Assembly (NCBI GenBank): GCA_012295275.1
Contig: CM022679.1
Coordinates: 13,454,001 to 13,518,000 of the forward strand
Source: Chrysomallon squamiferum
Taxonomy: Eukaryota; Animalia; Mollusca
Length of the DNA: 64,000 nt
Reading direction: 5' to 3'
The notes under the pieces were generated by a model. It made no database searches, was not told where the DNA came from, and worked only from the letters and a program-made list of their open reading frames with translations. Below, piece after piece: positions 54,951-64,000 of this stretch. The translations under genes were made by a program, and so were the position numbers. Each line of letters starts with the position of its first letter. Position 1 is the first letter of the stretch.

Positions 54951-55565
54951 TGTTGTTGTTCTCATTTAAAAAAATTTAATTTGAAATATAATGATGTTTA
55001 TATAGTTCAGTTTTAATACTGATAAAATATTCTTCATAGATATACATACAAAAACACATCATACACAGAGAAACAAACATACAAAATTACATTAAAAAAG
55101 ATTCGTACAAATTGCACACACAAACAAGACACACATTTCATACTCTCACCTGCACACATGCATACACATGCACACACATCTAAAACCATCGAACATCTAT
55201 TCATAAATGTATTCTTCCGCAGATCTGTAAACACATGGCGTATACATGCATATTATATCCTGGAAATACACGTGCATACTTCAGTGAATTCTTTTATCTG
55301 TCTATGTATTGATGTCAAAATAATCAGTTATTTTATTTATTCTGAAGGTTGTAAATTCAATGACAAATGTGTGAACACTGGTGGCACGTACAAATACAAC
55401 TGTGTCACCTACTTATGTAACAAGACAGGAAGTGCATGCGGTATAAAAGTAACTGCAGTTGGTAAGTTTACTCTATAAAAACGTCGTGTTATTAAAATGC
55501 CAGTGTTGGGGAAAAAAACCTTTCTTATTAGTATTACTATTAGTATCACTATTATTATTATTATT

Positions 55566-55605
<40 letters not shown>

Positions 55606-55782
55606 TTTTTTTTTTAAATTAATCATTTTATTTTTTTATTTTTTTATTTATTTATTTATTATTTTAATTTGTTTTTATTATTTACTTTATATTTTTAATT
55701 CATTATATTATTCGTTTAAATGATCATCATCATCACCATCATCATTATCATCATTATTATCATTATTATTATTATTATTATT

Positions 55783-55813
<31 letters not shown>

Positions 55814-57150
55814 CTTATTTGCTGATCCACTGTTTTCAATAGCATAAAACCTCCCTTTCTGGAATGCTATATTTGCTTCTGTTATTAAGTAAGTTTTAAA
55901 GTTTATCTGTGGCAGTATGAACAAACATATTAAATATCTTTGGTAAGCATACAAATAAATATGCAGTAGTTAAACCTTTTCCAGATGCCGTTATTTTTAA
56001 ACAAAGAAAAATACATTAATCCTTAACAAACTGAGGTTAATGCTGCATTATGGTGATTATAACTCAGTCTCTTGACGATGTTTTGGGTATAAATTGGTAA
56101 GACAAAATTCAGAAAAAATAAGAGCCTTCAGCTGATACACACAAGATAATCATTTGAAAATATACAAAATATATTTACATGTGTTTGTTCGTACAGCTAT
56201 GAGTTCTGATTAATGTTTTCTATAAATAAAGGTTTATATTAATACAACCACAGACATAAACACATACATAATATACATTCATAATTATGTAACTACATAT
56301 ACACTTATACATGCGTACATATATATACATACTTGCATGTACACTTATACATGCACACATATGTATATTTTATATACACATACATACACACATACATATT
56401 TACCCATGCAAAAATGCACACATACACACAGACAGGCATGTTTACTTGAAAATATAATGACAGTGAATGTACTTTGTACTGTTCTCTTGTATTTAGGCTG
56501 TAAAAACCCAAATACAGGTAAATGTGTGGCTGAAAATGCTACAATGGACTTTGGGTGCAACACGTATAAATGTGTCATACAGAAAACAAAAAAAGGCTAC
56601 AGACGAACATCACGTGTAGTTTCATCAGGTAATTTTGTCTGTAATTTCAAACATAGTTTAAAATACATGTATACATATTAATTCAGAGCATACTATTGCG
56701 TAGCATGGGCAGGGCCCCGGGATGTTGCCAAGGACACAAAATTCTGGAAGAGACTCCAGGAGGGATAAATTCCACAGGTTGGGAAGTACAATATTTGCCT
56801 TGCCCCATGGGCTGGCAACCCACGCTACACTGCTAAGTGCACATCTCAGGCACTATCATTTAAGTGGTTTCTTAAAGGCTGTCTGCCTATGGGGAGATGC
56901 ATGTAAATGATCACTTGTTGCTAGTAATAATAACACAGTAGCTCAGATTGTGGCACTGGGATTGCCGTTTCATTAACTCTACGATTCTTAAACATGATCT
57001 GTAATGCACATAACTGTAAATGAACTATGTGTTAAGTGTATGGTTTAATCAAATGTTTTTTGTTTTTTTTTCCTTTTAAAAACATATTTAAAATATTACT
57101 GTTCTCTCTTTTTCTCTCTCTCTTGCTATATATCTCTCTAACTTCGAACT

Positions 57151-57190
<40 letters not shown>

Positions 57191-58039
57191 ACATATGCAA
57201 TATGTTGTAATTTATTTTCATAATGATCAAAATGAATGATACGTTAATTAACAACATATTATATACATTGGAAAATAACTTCATGCTGATGGTAATATTA
57301 ATTTCTCGTTTTTCTCTATTTCAGGTTGCACTTACAAGAAGAAGTGTTACAAACAAAACGAAACCTTGCAGTTTGGCTGCCAAACGTACATATGTAGTAC
57401 ATTCAAAAAGAATGGAAAAATATATGTTGGTTTCAAATTTAGTTCCTACGGTGAGATTACTACGAACTGAAATTACTACGCATGCTAGAAGCAGTAAAAA
57501 TCAATCTGTTTTTGCAGTTTAATTACCCTACAGTAAGATACAACTTCTCGCTGTAGTCATTGTTAGTGTGATGTCCTGATGTGAGTAAGGACTGAATTTC
57601 AGAATGAAAGATGCACACATTTACATTCATACGTACCTACATGTACATACATAGAAACATGCATACACAGATACAGGAATATATGCGTATATAAATACAT
57701 GCATACATACATTCACACATAAATACATACAGACATACATACATACATAAAATGCATACACATACACATAAACATATGTACAATCACATATACACACATA
57801 TCTCCACAGAAACATACAAGAACAAAAAAGTAGCACTGAAATGGACTTTATTGTTTTTGTTTTTTTAAGGTTGTAAGTACAAAGGTGTTTGTTACAAAGC
57901 TAATGAGACGTTTCATGACGGATGCAGGAAAAAAGCCTGTCGTGTTTATGTAAAAGGAAAGCGGATCAGTTATAAAATTGTTTCACTTAGTAAGTATCTT
58001 TACAATCAAATTAGCTTCTTTTCTTTTTCTCACTGTCTT

Positions 58040-58076
<37 letters not shown>

Positions 58077-58097
58077 TAATATTATATATAATATTAT

Positions 58098-58135
<38 letters not shown>

Positions 58136-60139
58136 ACTAGTAGTACTAGTAGTAGTAGTAGCAGCAGCAGCAGCATTAGTAGTTATTTATTTACTTTGTT
58201 TGTTTTAAATGTTATTACTATTATTATTTTTTTTTTTTTTTTTAAATTAATTATTTCCTTTACATATAGTATATACAAATTAAACAATACCTTTGGTGAT
58301 AAGAAAAAAAATAGTATAAATATATTCTGCATACTTCCCAGTTACATTTTTGCAGTCCAGTGTTAATTTGTAAAGAAGTGTATCAAGCAAAGAATACAGT
58401 TTTAAAAAATAGGAAAATTTGAAATTTGTCTCATGTTGTTTTTACTGAAGAGAGGTTGCCCAAAACAGTAAGTTAATAATAACTTGAAAGTATACATAAC
58501 ATTTTTTTTTACTTTTTAAAAAAATAACCATTTTTAGATCTTTATTTGTACATCTCGTACACTGTAAATCAAAAAGAAATTGTTGTTGGGAAGCTAGTGT
58601 AGCTCTATAGGAAAACACTAAATCCATAAGTGAGAGATTGTGGGGTCAGTTGTTCTTTATCCACTGATATATAGTATATTTTCAATTTCATCAATTTCCC
58701 ATAGGTAGATACATAACTCTTGTAAAGGATGTAGTACTGAAAAAACGTAACATAAGAGATCTAGTGATATAGATATTTTTTCCTTTGAATAAATTAATGT
58801 TTCTATAACAATCCTTCAGAGTAAGATTATTTCTGTAATGCATATTAAATATTTTATAGCATAACTGGAAAGTGAATTTTTGTTTTAAACAACAGTACAC
58901 TTTTTAGGTAATGGGTATAATGATATCAAATGATACCCTTCTTCTAAAATCTGTTTCTTTTATTTTCATGTTTGTAGATTAATTAACCCAACTCATCTAT
59001 ACGGTTATTCCAGTTTAGACACAAAATTCACATATATACGTTTTTACATTTTACATTAGCATGCTCAGTATATGGAATTCCACTTTATAAACTAAATTCA
59101 TGCATAAGCATATATTATCAAATATCAAATTAGCATGACTCACAGTACGGTAATGCAAATTTTTAAATCAAACTCATTTATACATGATCAAAGTAACAAA
59201 TTGATACTTTTGTCCATCATCAAAGTAGCATTTTTGGTTTTGTGTATCAGTTTTTGATTAATTATATTACCTTGCAGACTGCATGTATAATGGACACTGT
59301 TACGAGATGAACCAGTCAATTCAAATTAGATGTACTAACTACACCTGTTTGGAAAGACATGATAACTCATGTCAGCGTGTTGGTATGACCAGAACAAGTA
59401 TAGGTGTGTATTACGTGTGTGTTTGCTGTCATTATAATCATCATTTACATTTCTGTCATTTTACATAGTTGTTTTGTTGTATTTATTATTTACTTTATTA
59501 TTATTATTATTATTATTTTTTTTTAAATTTTTAAATCATTTTATCTATTTATTATATTTTATTTCATATATGTATATATCAGTTAATACTTTTGTCTCGT
59601 TCTGTCTAATAAACTTGATATAAATTATCTGACAAAACTACCTGCTTTAAGCGTGTTTATCTGCTGACTTGCTTTCTCACTGTTTCAGCCTGTACTCATC
59701 CCACTGAAGACAAATGTGTGCCTGCTAACGCCACTGTGGATAGTCACTGTGCCACATACAAATGCCGTGTTAAAAAAACATCCAAAGGATACATGCGCAT
59801 GCTAAATGCAGTATCTGCAGGTATGTTCACAGGTAGTTTTAATGACAGATGCACGTGTGAAGAACATTATATCTTTCTGATGTAACACGAATAAAATATT
59901 GAAAATTAATTTAAAAAAAAAATTCAGTATCATTTAAAATAAAGTGCACAAGAAATGAGGTTTGATAATATATTAATTTCATTCGTTTTTTTTTTTTTTT
60001 TCATTAACAAAACAGTAATGTTTTCTGTAGTCTTGAAAAAATACACATCAGACAGCTATGTACAAAATGAATATTGTTTTATTGTTGTACTTTGTTGTTA
60101 ATGTCCATTGGTTGCCTAAAACAAGAAATTAGTTGCATG

Positions 60140-60194
<55 letters not shown>

Positions 60195-60937
60195 AACTTA
60201 AAATACTTTACATTCATACCAACATAGGTGTTTTTTAATTTCTACATGGATAGGAAAAACTAAAACTCTTTTTTTTTTTTTATTTATTTATTTTTTTTTT
60301 TTTTTTTTTAACTTACAGGATGTATCTACAAAGGAAAATGTTACAAACTAAATGAGACATTTGAGAGGAACTGTATCATTTTCAAGTGTTATCAGAAACG
60401 GCTTGCATCTGGAAGAATACAATCTAGTTTTAAAATTGATTCCTATGGTAAGTTCCCATAAGCACACCTGTTACATGTATGTTACATCAAAGTGTTAAAA
60501 TCTCCATTTGACTCACTATTTAATTCACTGTATTCTAGAACGAGAGTGCTTTTTGGTGTCTGTCTAAGATTAAGCTTAATTCCTTAAAGAACAGTTATTT
60601 TAAAATTTATTATTGTTAAACTTCAGAATAATGAGATAAAATTACGTATAAATTACAATAAATTTAATAAATCTCTGATATTGTTAATGTTTTATTGTTG
60701 GAATTATAACTGCTGTTCCTCTTATTATTATTCCTTCTTCTATTACCACTGTTATCATAATGATCATGTTATAATTGTTTGTTGCTGATGCCGTTTTTAT
60801 TGTTGTTATTGTTATTGTAATTATTATTACTACTATTACTATGATTGTGATAATTATTTTTGTTGCTGTCGTTGTGGTTGTAATTGTTGTTGTTGTTGTC
60901 AATGTTCTTGCTCCTATTATCATTACGATCATATTAC

Positions 60938-60979
<42 letters not shown>

Positions 60980-61237
60980 AGGGTGTAAACGCAATGGACA
61001 CTGTCGGAAGGCAAATGAGACATTTCTGGAAGGATGCTCAAAGAAAGCGTGTCATGTGTATCGTAAAGGAAATGGCATCATGTACAAAATTGTTTCTCTT
61101 AGTAAGACTCCTCAAAACACATTTTATAAAATTACACAACTTTCACATTTGCTTGCTGATGGGAATTTTGGGGGATAGGTTGTTTTTTTTCAATTTTAAT
61201 TTTTTTTAATTTTTTTGTTTGTTTGTTTGTTTGGTTT

Positions 61238-61268
<31 letters not shown>

Positions 61269-64000
61269 TCGTAATCATTAATAATAATAAAATAATACTG
61301 TTTGAAACCACCATTTTATGTTTACCCCACCATTAACTGGATTCGTACATGATGGAGCGATGTTGACATTATGCTGTATTTGTTTAAAAGAAACTTACCT
61401 ATGTGATGATATCATGACTCTCACAAAAAGGCAATCTTTTGTTATTATACTGCATTATTAACACTGGATAGATAAAAAAAAAATTAAAAATTCTAATTAA
61501 ACAAAACTTGGGAATATTCAGAATATATTTAACCTATTTCTTCATATTATTGAGATTTTACAGTAATTTATTCTTTTTATTTATTATTTATCAATATACA
61601 AAATCCCCTTCCCCCCAAAAAAAACTAACAAAAGGAAAGAGCGACTCTGCTTATCTCTCTATAAGCTTACTTTTTATTTGCAAAATATATTTGTGCCTAT
61701 CAAATAAATATATAACTATAAATACAATGCTTTAGATAATGCTGCATTAATAATTCAACATTAACCAAATTTTATAAGGAATTTTTTTTTGCATGATGTA
61801 ACCATTGTTGTTCCCATTTGCAGACTGCAAGTACAATGGGCATTGTTATGACATAAACCAGACGGTTGAATTCGGATGTGCTAACTACACCTGTATGGAA
61901 AGACATGATAACTCATGTCAGCGTGTTGGTATGATCAGAACAAGTGTAGGTGTGTATTACATAGCAAAAATATATGTATTTTATTTTATATTACTACCAT
62001 CTTCATATTATCATGCAGTTATCAAAGTCACCATAATCATCATTATTGTTAGCAGCAGTAGTAGTAGCAGTAATAGTAGTTTTAATTCTATATTTTATAT
62101 TTTAAAATTGTATATCTTTCAGTATTGTGTCTTTATGTGTGCATATGTGTGTATGTATGTATGTACATGGTTGTGTGTGTATCACGTTAATTAGTACTTT
62201 TTTCTCTTCTCTTAAAGCAGTTTACAAACACACAGTTATCTTACTTATTCATTGTGGGGTTGTTTTGGATTGTTTTTTTTTTTTTTTTTGTTAATCTGTA
62301 CTGCTATGGACTTTTAACTAGTTCAGTAACAGGCTTTACAAGATAGTATTGAAACAATTATAAAATCTTTCGTAATATACACGTACATTTTATCATTGTT
62401 TCAGGCTGTCCACATATGTCAAAGGACCAATGTGTGCCTGCTGGCAGCACTGTGGAAATCAATTGTGCCGTATACAAATGTCGAGTTACAAAAACATCCA
62501 CAACGTACACTCGTGGGCTAAGAGTAATAACTGCAGGTACAGCTTTCGTTTTGTTCTTTTATTTTAACTACACTTAGGCAAATGAGACAAACATCTGATT
62601 TTGTTTTTCTTACACAAAGATTTTATTTAAAAATATGTTAATGTTAATTCTGACAGAAACGATATCCACTGAATGAATTCATTTATGTCTATGGTTACCA
62701 CTTGGCAATCAAGTGTTACTGCCTCATTTCAAAAAAACTAGTTACAGCCATGATAATGATAAATAAGGTGAATGACAAGTACTGTACTGTAAGCTGTAGT
62801 CATCTGGTTATATCTGGTTATAATATGAATTTTTGAGATTTCCACAATCAATTTGCATCTCTGCCTCATTTGACTTTTTCTCTTTTTTAACAATCAGTAT
62901 CTCATAAGAGAAACAATGGAAGCTGTTGATATTGTTCTTTCAGGTTCATGCAAGGATGGATATTAAAGATTTATTGTTAACAGTATCACATGCAGAAATG
63001 ACAGCTAGTTTCCGTTCTAAAAATCATCATTATATAACAATATATTTCACAGCATCGAATTTTAGAAACATGGTCAGGTACATATACACATACACATTCA
63101 TTCATTTAGATATGTGTTGCCAGAAAGTTACTTTTTACCACATTTTTATTTAATATGCAATATTAAGAATATTTAATACATGTAAAGTTTTGAAAACATA
63201 AAACTGTTTTCTTTATTACAGGATGTCGCACCCATGGCAAATGTTTGAAAGCAAATGCAACACAGCAGTTTGGCTGTAATGTATATAAATGTGTTGAGAA
63301 GCAATTATCACCAGGAAGATTACAGAGTCGAACAGAAATCATTTCCTATGGTAAGTCAGTGACATCTTCAAATATTGGTTGGTGAACATCTGTGACTACA
63401 TTGTCTGTTCTTGAATAGTAGATAAACTGATTATTTTCGTCTTAAAGTCAAGGTTGCATCACAGATTAGCTCGTACTCTTTTCACATTATGGTCAAGGTT
63501 GTCTCATTAACACCCATTGCCTATTTAGTTAACACATTCTCTGTCTCACAGTTTATCATAAAAATAATGCATCGTTAAGTGTAACAAAATGTATTTCTGT
63601 TTTATCAGGCTATTTCTACTTCTAGCAGTACTTTGCTACTTCTTCTTTTACAATAGTAATGACTACTGGCTAACAGTACCTCTGCTTCTAATACTAAAAC
63701 TACTTCAGTTACTACTACAACTACCCTTGCTACTACAAGAATGTTTCTACTAATACTGCCATGTTTAGTCATTATCATCATTGTCATCAGGAGCATCTTC
63801 ATTATTGTTGTTGTTGTTGTTGTTGTTGTTACTGTTGTTATTATTATTAAGTATATTATTATTCTGTGTTTTAGGATGCAAAAGTGATGAAGGAAAATGT
63901 TATAAGCCTGATTCTAAAGAAAAATATAAGCGTAATGTACTGTACGAAGGTACCAACTATACTTGTGATTGTCAATGTAAACGCAATGGAAAATATTCAA
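27232..64000 (+). CDS. Large secreted modular protein: signal peptide, 4 Cys-rich VWC/FnI-like modules, internal ApeC domain, at least 19 further Cys-rich modules; 3' end outside the window
   Basis: 27 exons, all internal ones multiples of 3 nt with phase-1 junctions and no stops; module consensus GC-x5/6-C-x10-C-x4-C; about 1210 codons inside the window. Single-transcript status is inferred from phase compatibility. Confidence 0.8.
27837..27977 (+). CDS. Exon 2: VWC-like module (DQCRPMICSCYMNGVYYDEGDEWNDPEDPCIRYRCLQNG..)
   Basis: ttgcag|...CTG|gtaacc; C..NG..Y..G..W....PC..C motif. Confidence 0.88.
28353..28466 (+). CDS. Exon 3: Cys module (GCNFKGVCKKHNETWSEGCFTYHCEK..)
   Basis: acag|...CCAG|gtagct, phase 1-1. 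Confidence 0.88.
29206..29322 (+). CDS. Exon 4: Cys module with fifth Cys (GCATRKGDCLQVGERYVELCDTYECQIVGSCY..)
   Basis: gcag|...TCAG|gtaagt, phase 1-1. Confidence 0.88.
29360..30910. repeat. Minisatellite, 52 bp unit, roughly 30 copies, in intron 4 of the modular gene
   Basis: Unit gtttgttatttgtcaacatgcaatctaaaataccttctgcatacgtccaagt; near-identical run at 30165-30620. Confidence 0.95.
31346..31468 (+). CDS. Exon 5: Cys module (GCKAKNDVCMPVYSFWHDECAVYQCKL..)
   Basis: ttaag|...CATG|gtaaaa, phase 1-1. Confidence 0.87.
32088..32375 (+). CDS. Exon 6: ApeC domain part 1 (WPRGEYALL..GCP..FC..YWEEGKYCI..GTCPKG)
   Basis: WP.G.Y.L...GCP and W..G.YCI....CP.GF are apextrin C-terminal domain motifs. 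Confidence 0.92.
34074..34292 (+). CDS. Exon 7: ApeC domain part 2 (GFQEG..WGTLPDGVF..LYFCCRYDG..PIVLPSRHPF.LF..KCQEVRG)
   Basis: G.LPDG.....FCCR.DG....PI.LP...PF.L...CQ.V.G ApeC motif. Confidence 0.92.
34626..34769 (+). CDS. Exon 8: ApeC domain part 3 (MTYKIEFFSHDD..GALP..LIYVCYY)
   Basis: ttcag|...TGTG|gtgtgt; terminal CYY of ApeC. Confidence 0.88.
35049..35165 (+). CDS. Exon 9: Cys module (GCVNGDENFVAVNDIIEKSCVKYQCFE..)
   Basis: taag|...GGAG|gttagt, phase 1-1. Confidence 0.85.
35200..35460 (+). mobile_element. Degenerate SINE-like remnant (Meta-SINE core-like); related pieces near 32820-32930 and 56860-56970
   Basis: Loose similarity among the three segments and to the recalled core ggtatgt..cctgtctgtgggatggtgcatataaaagatcccttg..gtggc..c.ggttt. 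Confidence 0.4.
35770..35919 (+). CDS. Exon 10: Cys module (GCKIEGKDQCVAENETW..ACFTKQCV..)
   Basis: ccag|...AAAG|gtaact, phase 1-1. Confidence 0.88.
36459..36578 (+). CDS. Exon 11: Cys module (ECRDGEYCRPLTYTKTHGCYSAQCQE..)
   Basis: ttcag|...GCAG|gtgtgt, phase 1-1. Confidence 0.87.
37915..38230 (-). mobile_element. Frameshifted Mutator-like (MULE) transposase fragment in intron 11
   Basis: Across frames: LWNIHCTT.. / CEGWNNMFFNLVGYYHP / LATVGTIIQQDVVANPP..LYVQLQE, resembling the MULE C-terminal WN.H....RTNN..EGWN..F..LV...HP motif. Confidence 0.65.
38529..38645 (+). CDS. Exon 12: Cys module with fifth Cys (ACSDGYGHCIEVGKTIKKGCMELKCIREISKCAL..)
   Basis: atcag|...GGAG|gtgggt, phase 1-1. Confidence 0.87.
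40098..40513 (-). CDS. TNFR-like gene: cytoplasmic tail exon
   Basis: ttctag| acceptor in frame with ORF 40098-40505; TAA stop. Confidence 0.82.
40098..42796 (-). CDS. Single-CRD TNF-receptor-like membrane protein (Grindelwald-like), about 265 aa, nested antisense in intron 12 of the modular gene
   Basis: Exons 42634-42807, 42256-42282, 41861-42052, 40098-40513 join in frame (phase 1): 8-Cys ectodomain, stalk, TM helix, RRK stop-transfer, long polar cytoplasmic tail. Confidence 0.8.
41861..42052 (-). CDS. TNFR-like gene: transmembrane exon (IPLIITACLLAACAILLALAIVYICL-ERRK)
   Basis: tttcag|...GAAA|gtgagt; long hydrophobic run then basic residues. Confidence 0.85.
42256..42282 (-). CDS. TNFR-like gene: 27-nt stalk micro-exon (DFLVNQTIK)
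   Basis: tttcag|...AAAG|gtagat; same-length exon retained in the duplicate at 49681-49707. Confidence 0.65.
42634..42807 (-). CDS. TNFR-like gene: Cys-rich ectodomain exon (MTSGKTFRCGHDICNKIEQYCVPKDNRCYYCKDICHSFNSTNVNFPQQCIHYCI)
   Basis: tttcag|ACGTA...ATAG|gtaggt; C-x4-C-x6-C-x6-C-x2-C-x3-C-x13-C-x3-C spacing. Confidence 0.85.
43010..46600. repeat. Local tandem duplication (about 43010-44950 vs 44960-46600) with an extra internal copy at 43725-44130
   Basis: Long near-identical blocks, e.g. 43180-43710 vs 45285-45815 and 44110-44940 vs 45795-46590. Confidence 0.9.
43577..46683 (-). promoter_or_regulatory. Repeated NF-kB-site plus TATA-like cassettes upstream of the TNFR-like gene
   Basis: Consensus kB 10-mers at 43591-43600 (GGGAAATTCC on -) and 46674-46683 (GGGAATTTCC), near matches at 44731, 45694, 46401, each beside tataaatag/tataaaatag. 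Confidence 0.5.
48275..50414 (-). pseudogene. Pseudogene duplicate of the TNFR-like gene
   Basis: CRD exon 50243-50414 is 172 nt (two 1-nt deletions vs 174), TM exon deleted near 49640, GGA>TGA stop at 48560-48562 in last exon (48275-48699), upstream cassette region missing. Confidence 0.85.
51001..51191. repeat. Two interleaved inverted repeats (A-B-A'-B')
   Basis: 51001-51045 pairs with 51102-51146; 51044-51088 pairs with 51149-51191. Confidence 0.88.
52740..52865 (+). CDS. Exon 13: Cys module (GCSFNGKCYGEGAYWSYSCSKFTCI..)
   Basis: tacag|...AAAG|gtaaga, phase 1-1. Confidence 0.88.
52851..53556. repeat. Minisatellite, 37 bp unit, about 19 copies, spanning the exon 13 splice donor
   Basis: Unit gactgttagcaaaggtaagagagttgatagaatttca. 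Confidence 0.95.
53690..54024. repeat. Degenerate tttcacaatgtaaatgttat-type repeat running into the exon 14 acceptor
   Basis: About 8-10 diverged units visible. Confidence 0.7.
54025..54138 (+). CDS. Exon 14: Cys module (GCLDYNGKCRKEGDKVTNNCVTYECI..)
   Basis: cacag|...GGAG|gtaaaa, phase 1-1. Confidence 0.88.
54726..54851 (+). CDS. Exon 15: Cys module (GCLWHGKCYDANSEWKERCSTYNCT..)
   Basis: tttag|...CTGG|gtaatc, phase 1-1. Confidence 0.88.
55348..55461 (+). CDS. Exon 16: Cys module with fifth Cys (GCKFNDKCVNTGGTYKYNCVTYLCNKTGSACG..)
   Basis: tgaag|...GTTG|gtaagt, phase 1-1. Confidence 0.88.
56497..56628 (+). CDS. Exon 17: Cys module type A (GCKNPNTGKCVAENATMDFGCNTYKCV..)
   Basis: tttag|...TCAG|gtaatt, 132 nt. 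Confidence 0.88.
57325..57450 (+). CDS. Exon 18: Cys module type B (GCTYKKKCYKQNETLQFGCQTYICS..SY)
   Basis: ttcag|...TACG|gtgaga, 126 nt. Confidence 0.88.
57870..57989 (+). CDS. Exon 19: Cys module type C (GCKYKGVCYKANETFHDGCRKKACR..YKIVSL)
   Basis: ttaag|...CTTA|gtaagt, 120 nt. Confidence 0.88.
59278..59403 (+). CDS. Exon 20: Cys module type D with fifth Cys (CMYNGHCYEMNQSIQIRCTNYTCLERHDNSCQRVG..)
   Basis: ttgcag|...ATAG|gtgtgt, 126 nt. Confidence 0.88.
59689..59820 (+). CDS. Exon 21: Cys module type A (ACTHPTEDKCVPANATVDSHCATYKCR..)
   Basis: ttcag|...GCAG|gtatgt, 132 nt. Confidence 0.88.
60319..60447 (+). CDS. Exon 22: Cys module type B (GCIYKGKCYKLNETFERNCIIFKCY..SY)
   Basis: tacag|...TATG|gtaagt, 129 nt. 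Confidence 0.88.
60982..61101 (+). CDS. Exon 23: Cys module type C (GCKRNGHCRKANETFLEGCSKKACH..YKIVSL)
   Basis: taaag|...CTTA|gtaaga, 120 nt. Confidence 0.87.
61824..61949 (+). CDS. Exon 24: Cys module type D with fifth Cys (CKYNGHCYDINQTVEFGCANYTCMERHDNSCQRVG..)
   Basis: ttgcag|...GTAG|gtgtgt, 126 nt. Confidence 0.88.
62405..62536 (+). CDS. Exon 25: Cys module type A (GCPHMSKDQCVPAGSTVEINCAVYKCR..)
   Basis: ttcag|...GCAG|gtacag, 132 nt. Confidence 0.88.
63222..63350 (+). CDS. Exon 26: Cys module type B (GCRTHGKCLKANATQQFGCNVYKCV..SY)
   Basis: tacag|...TATG|gtaagt, 129 nt. Confidence 0.88.
63875..64000 (+). CDS. Exon 27 (cut by window edge): GCKSDEGKCYKPDSKEKYKRNVLYEGTNYTCDCQCKRNGKYS
   Basis: tttag| acceptor, open to the window end. 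Confidence 0.8.

Noticed and set aside
56690-56835. GC-rich insert with imperfect terminal inverted repeats (possible MITE); similar patch at 51215-51450
   Set aside because: Termini too degenerate and no clear target-site duplication
62944-62966. Good acceptor followed by GSCKDGY-stop
   Set aside because: Immediate TAA and no module pattern; at most a cryptic site

Overview
AT-rich, microsatellite-rich eukaryotic (animal) genomic DNA; gene content and repeats suggest an invertebrate, possibly a mollusc (inference). Most ORFs in the supplied track are low-complexity artefacts, so gene models were built by hand from splice sites and frame continuity. Contents: (1) the last 7 coding exons of a folliculin-interacting protein gene (FNIP, +, 209-3480); (2) a complete ECSIT gene (-, 6984-13171) convergent with it; (3) a CpG-richer intergenic region with hAT remnants and minisatellites; (4) a large secreted modular-protein gene (+, 27232 to beyond the window end; 27 exons, about 1210 aa seen): signal peptide, 4 Cys-rich VWC/FnI-like modules, an internal apextrin C-terminal (ApeC) domain, then at least 19 more one-exon modules, all symmetric phase 1-1, with a 4-module higher-order period and an extra cysteine in every fourth module; (5) nested antisense in its 14-kb intron 12, a Grindelwald-like single-CRD TNF-receptor gene with repeated NF-kB/TATA-like upstream cassettes, plus a tandem pseudogene copy that lost its transmembrane exon. 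Family assignments come from remembered motifs, not database searches.
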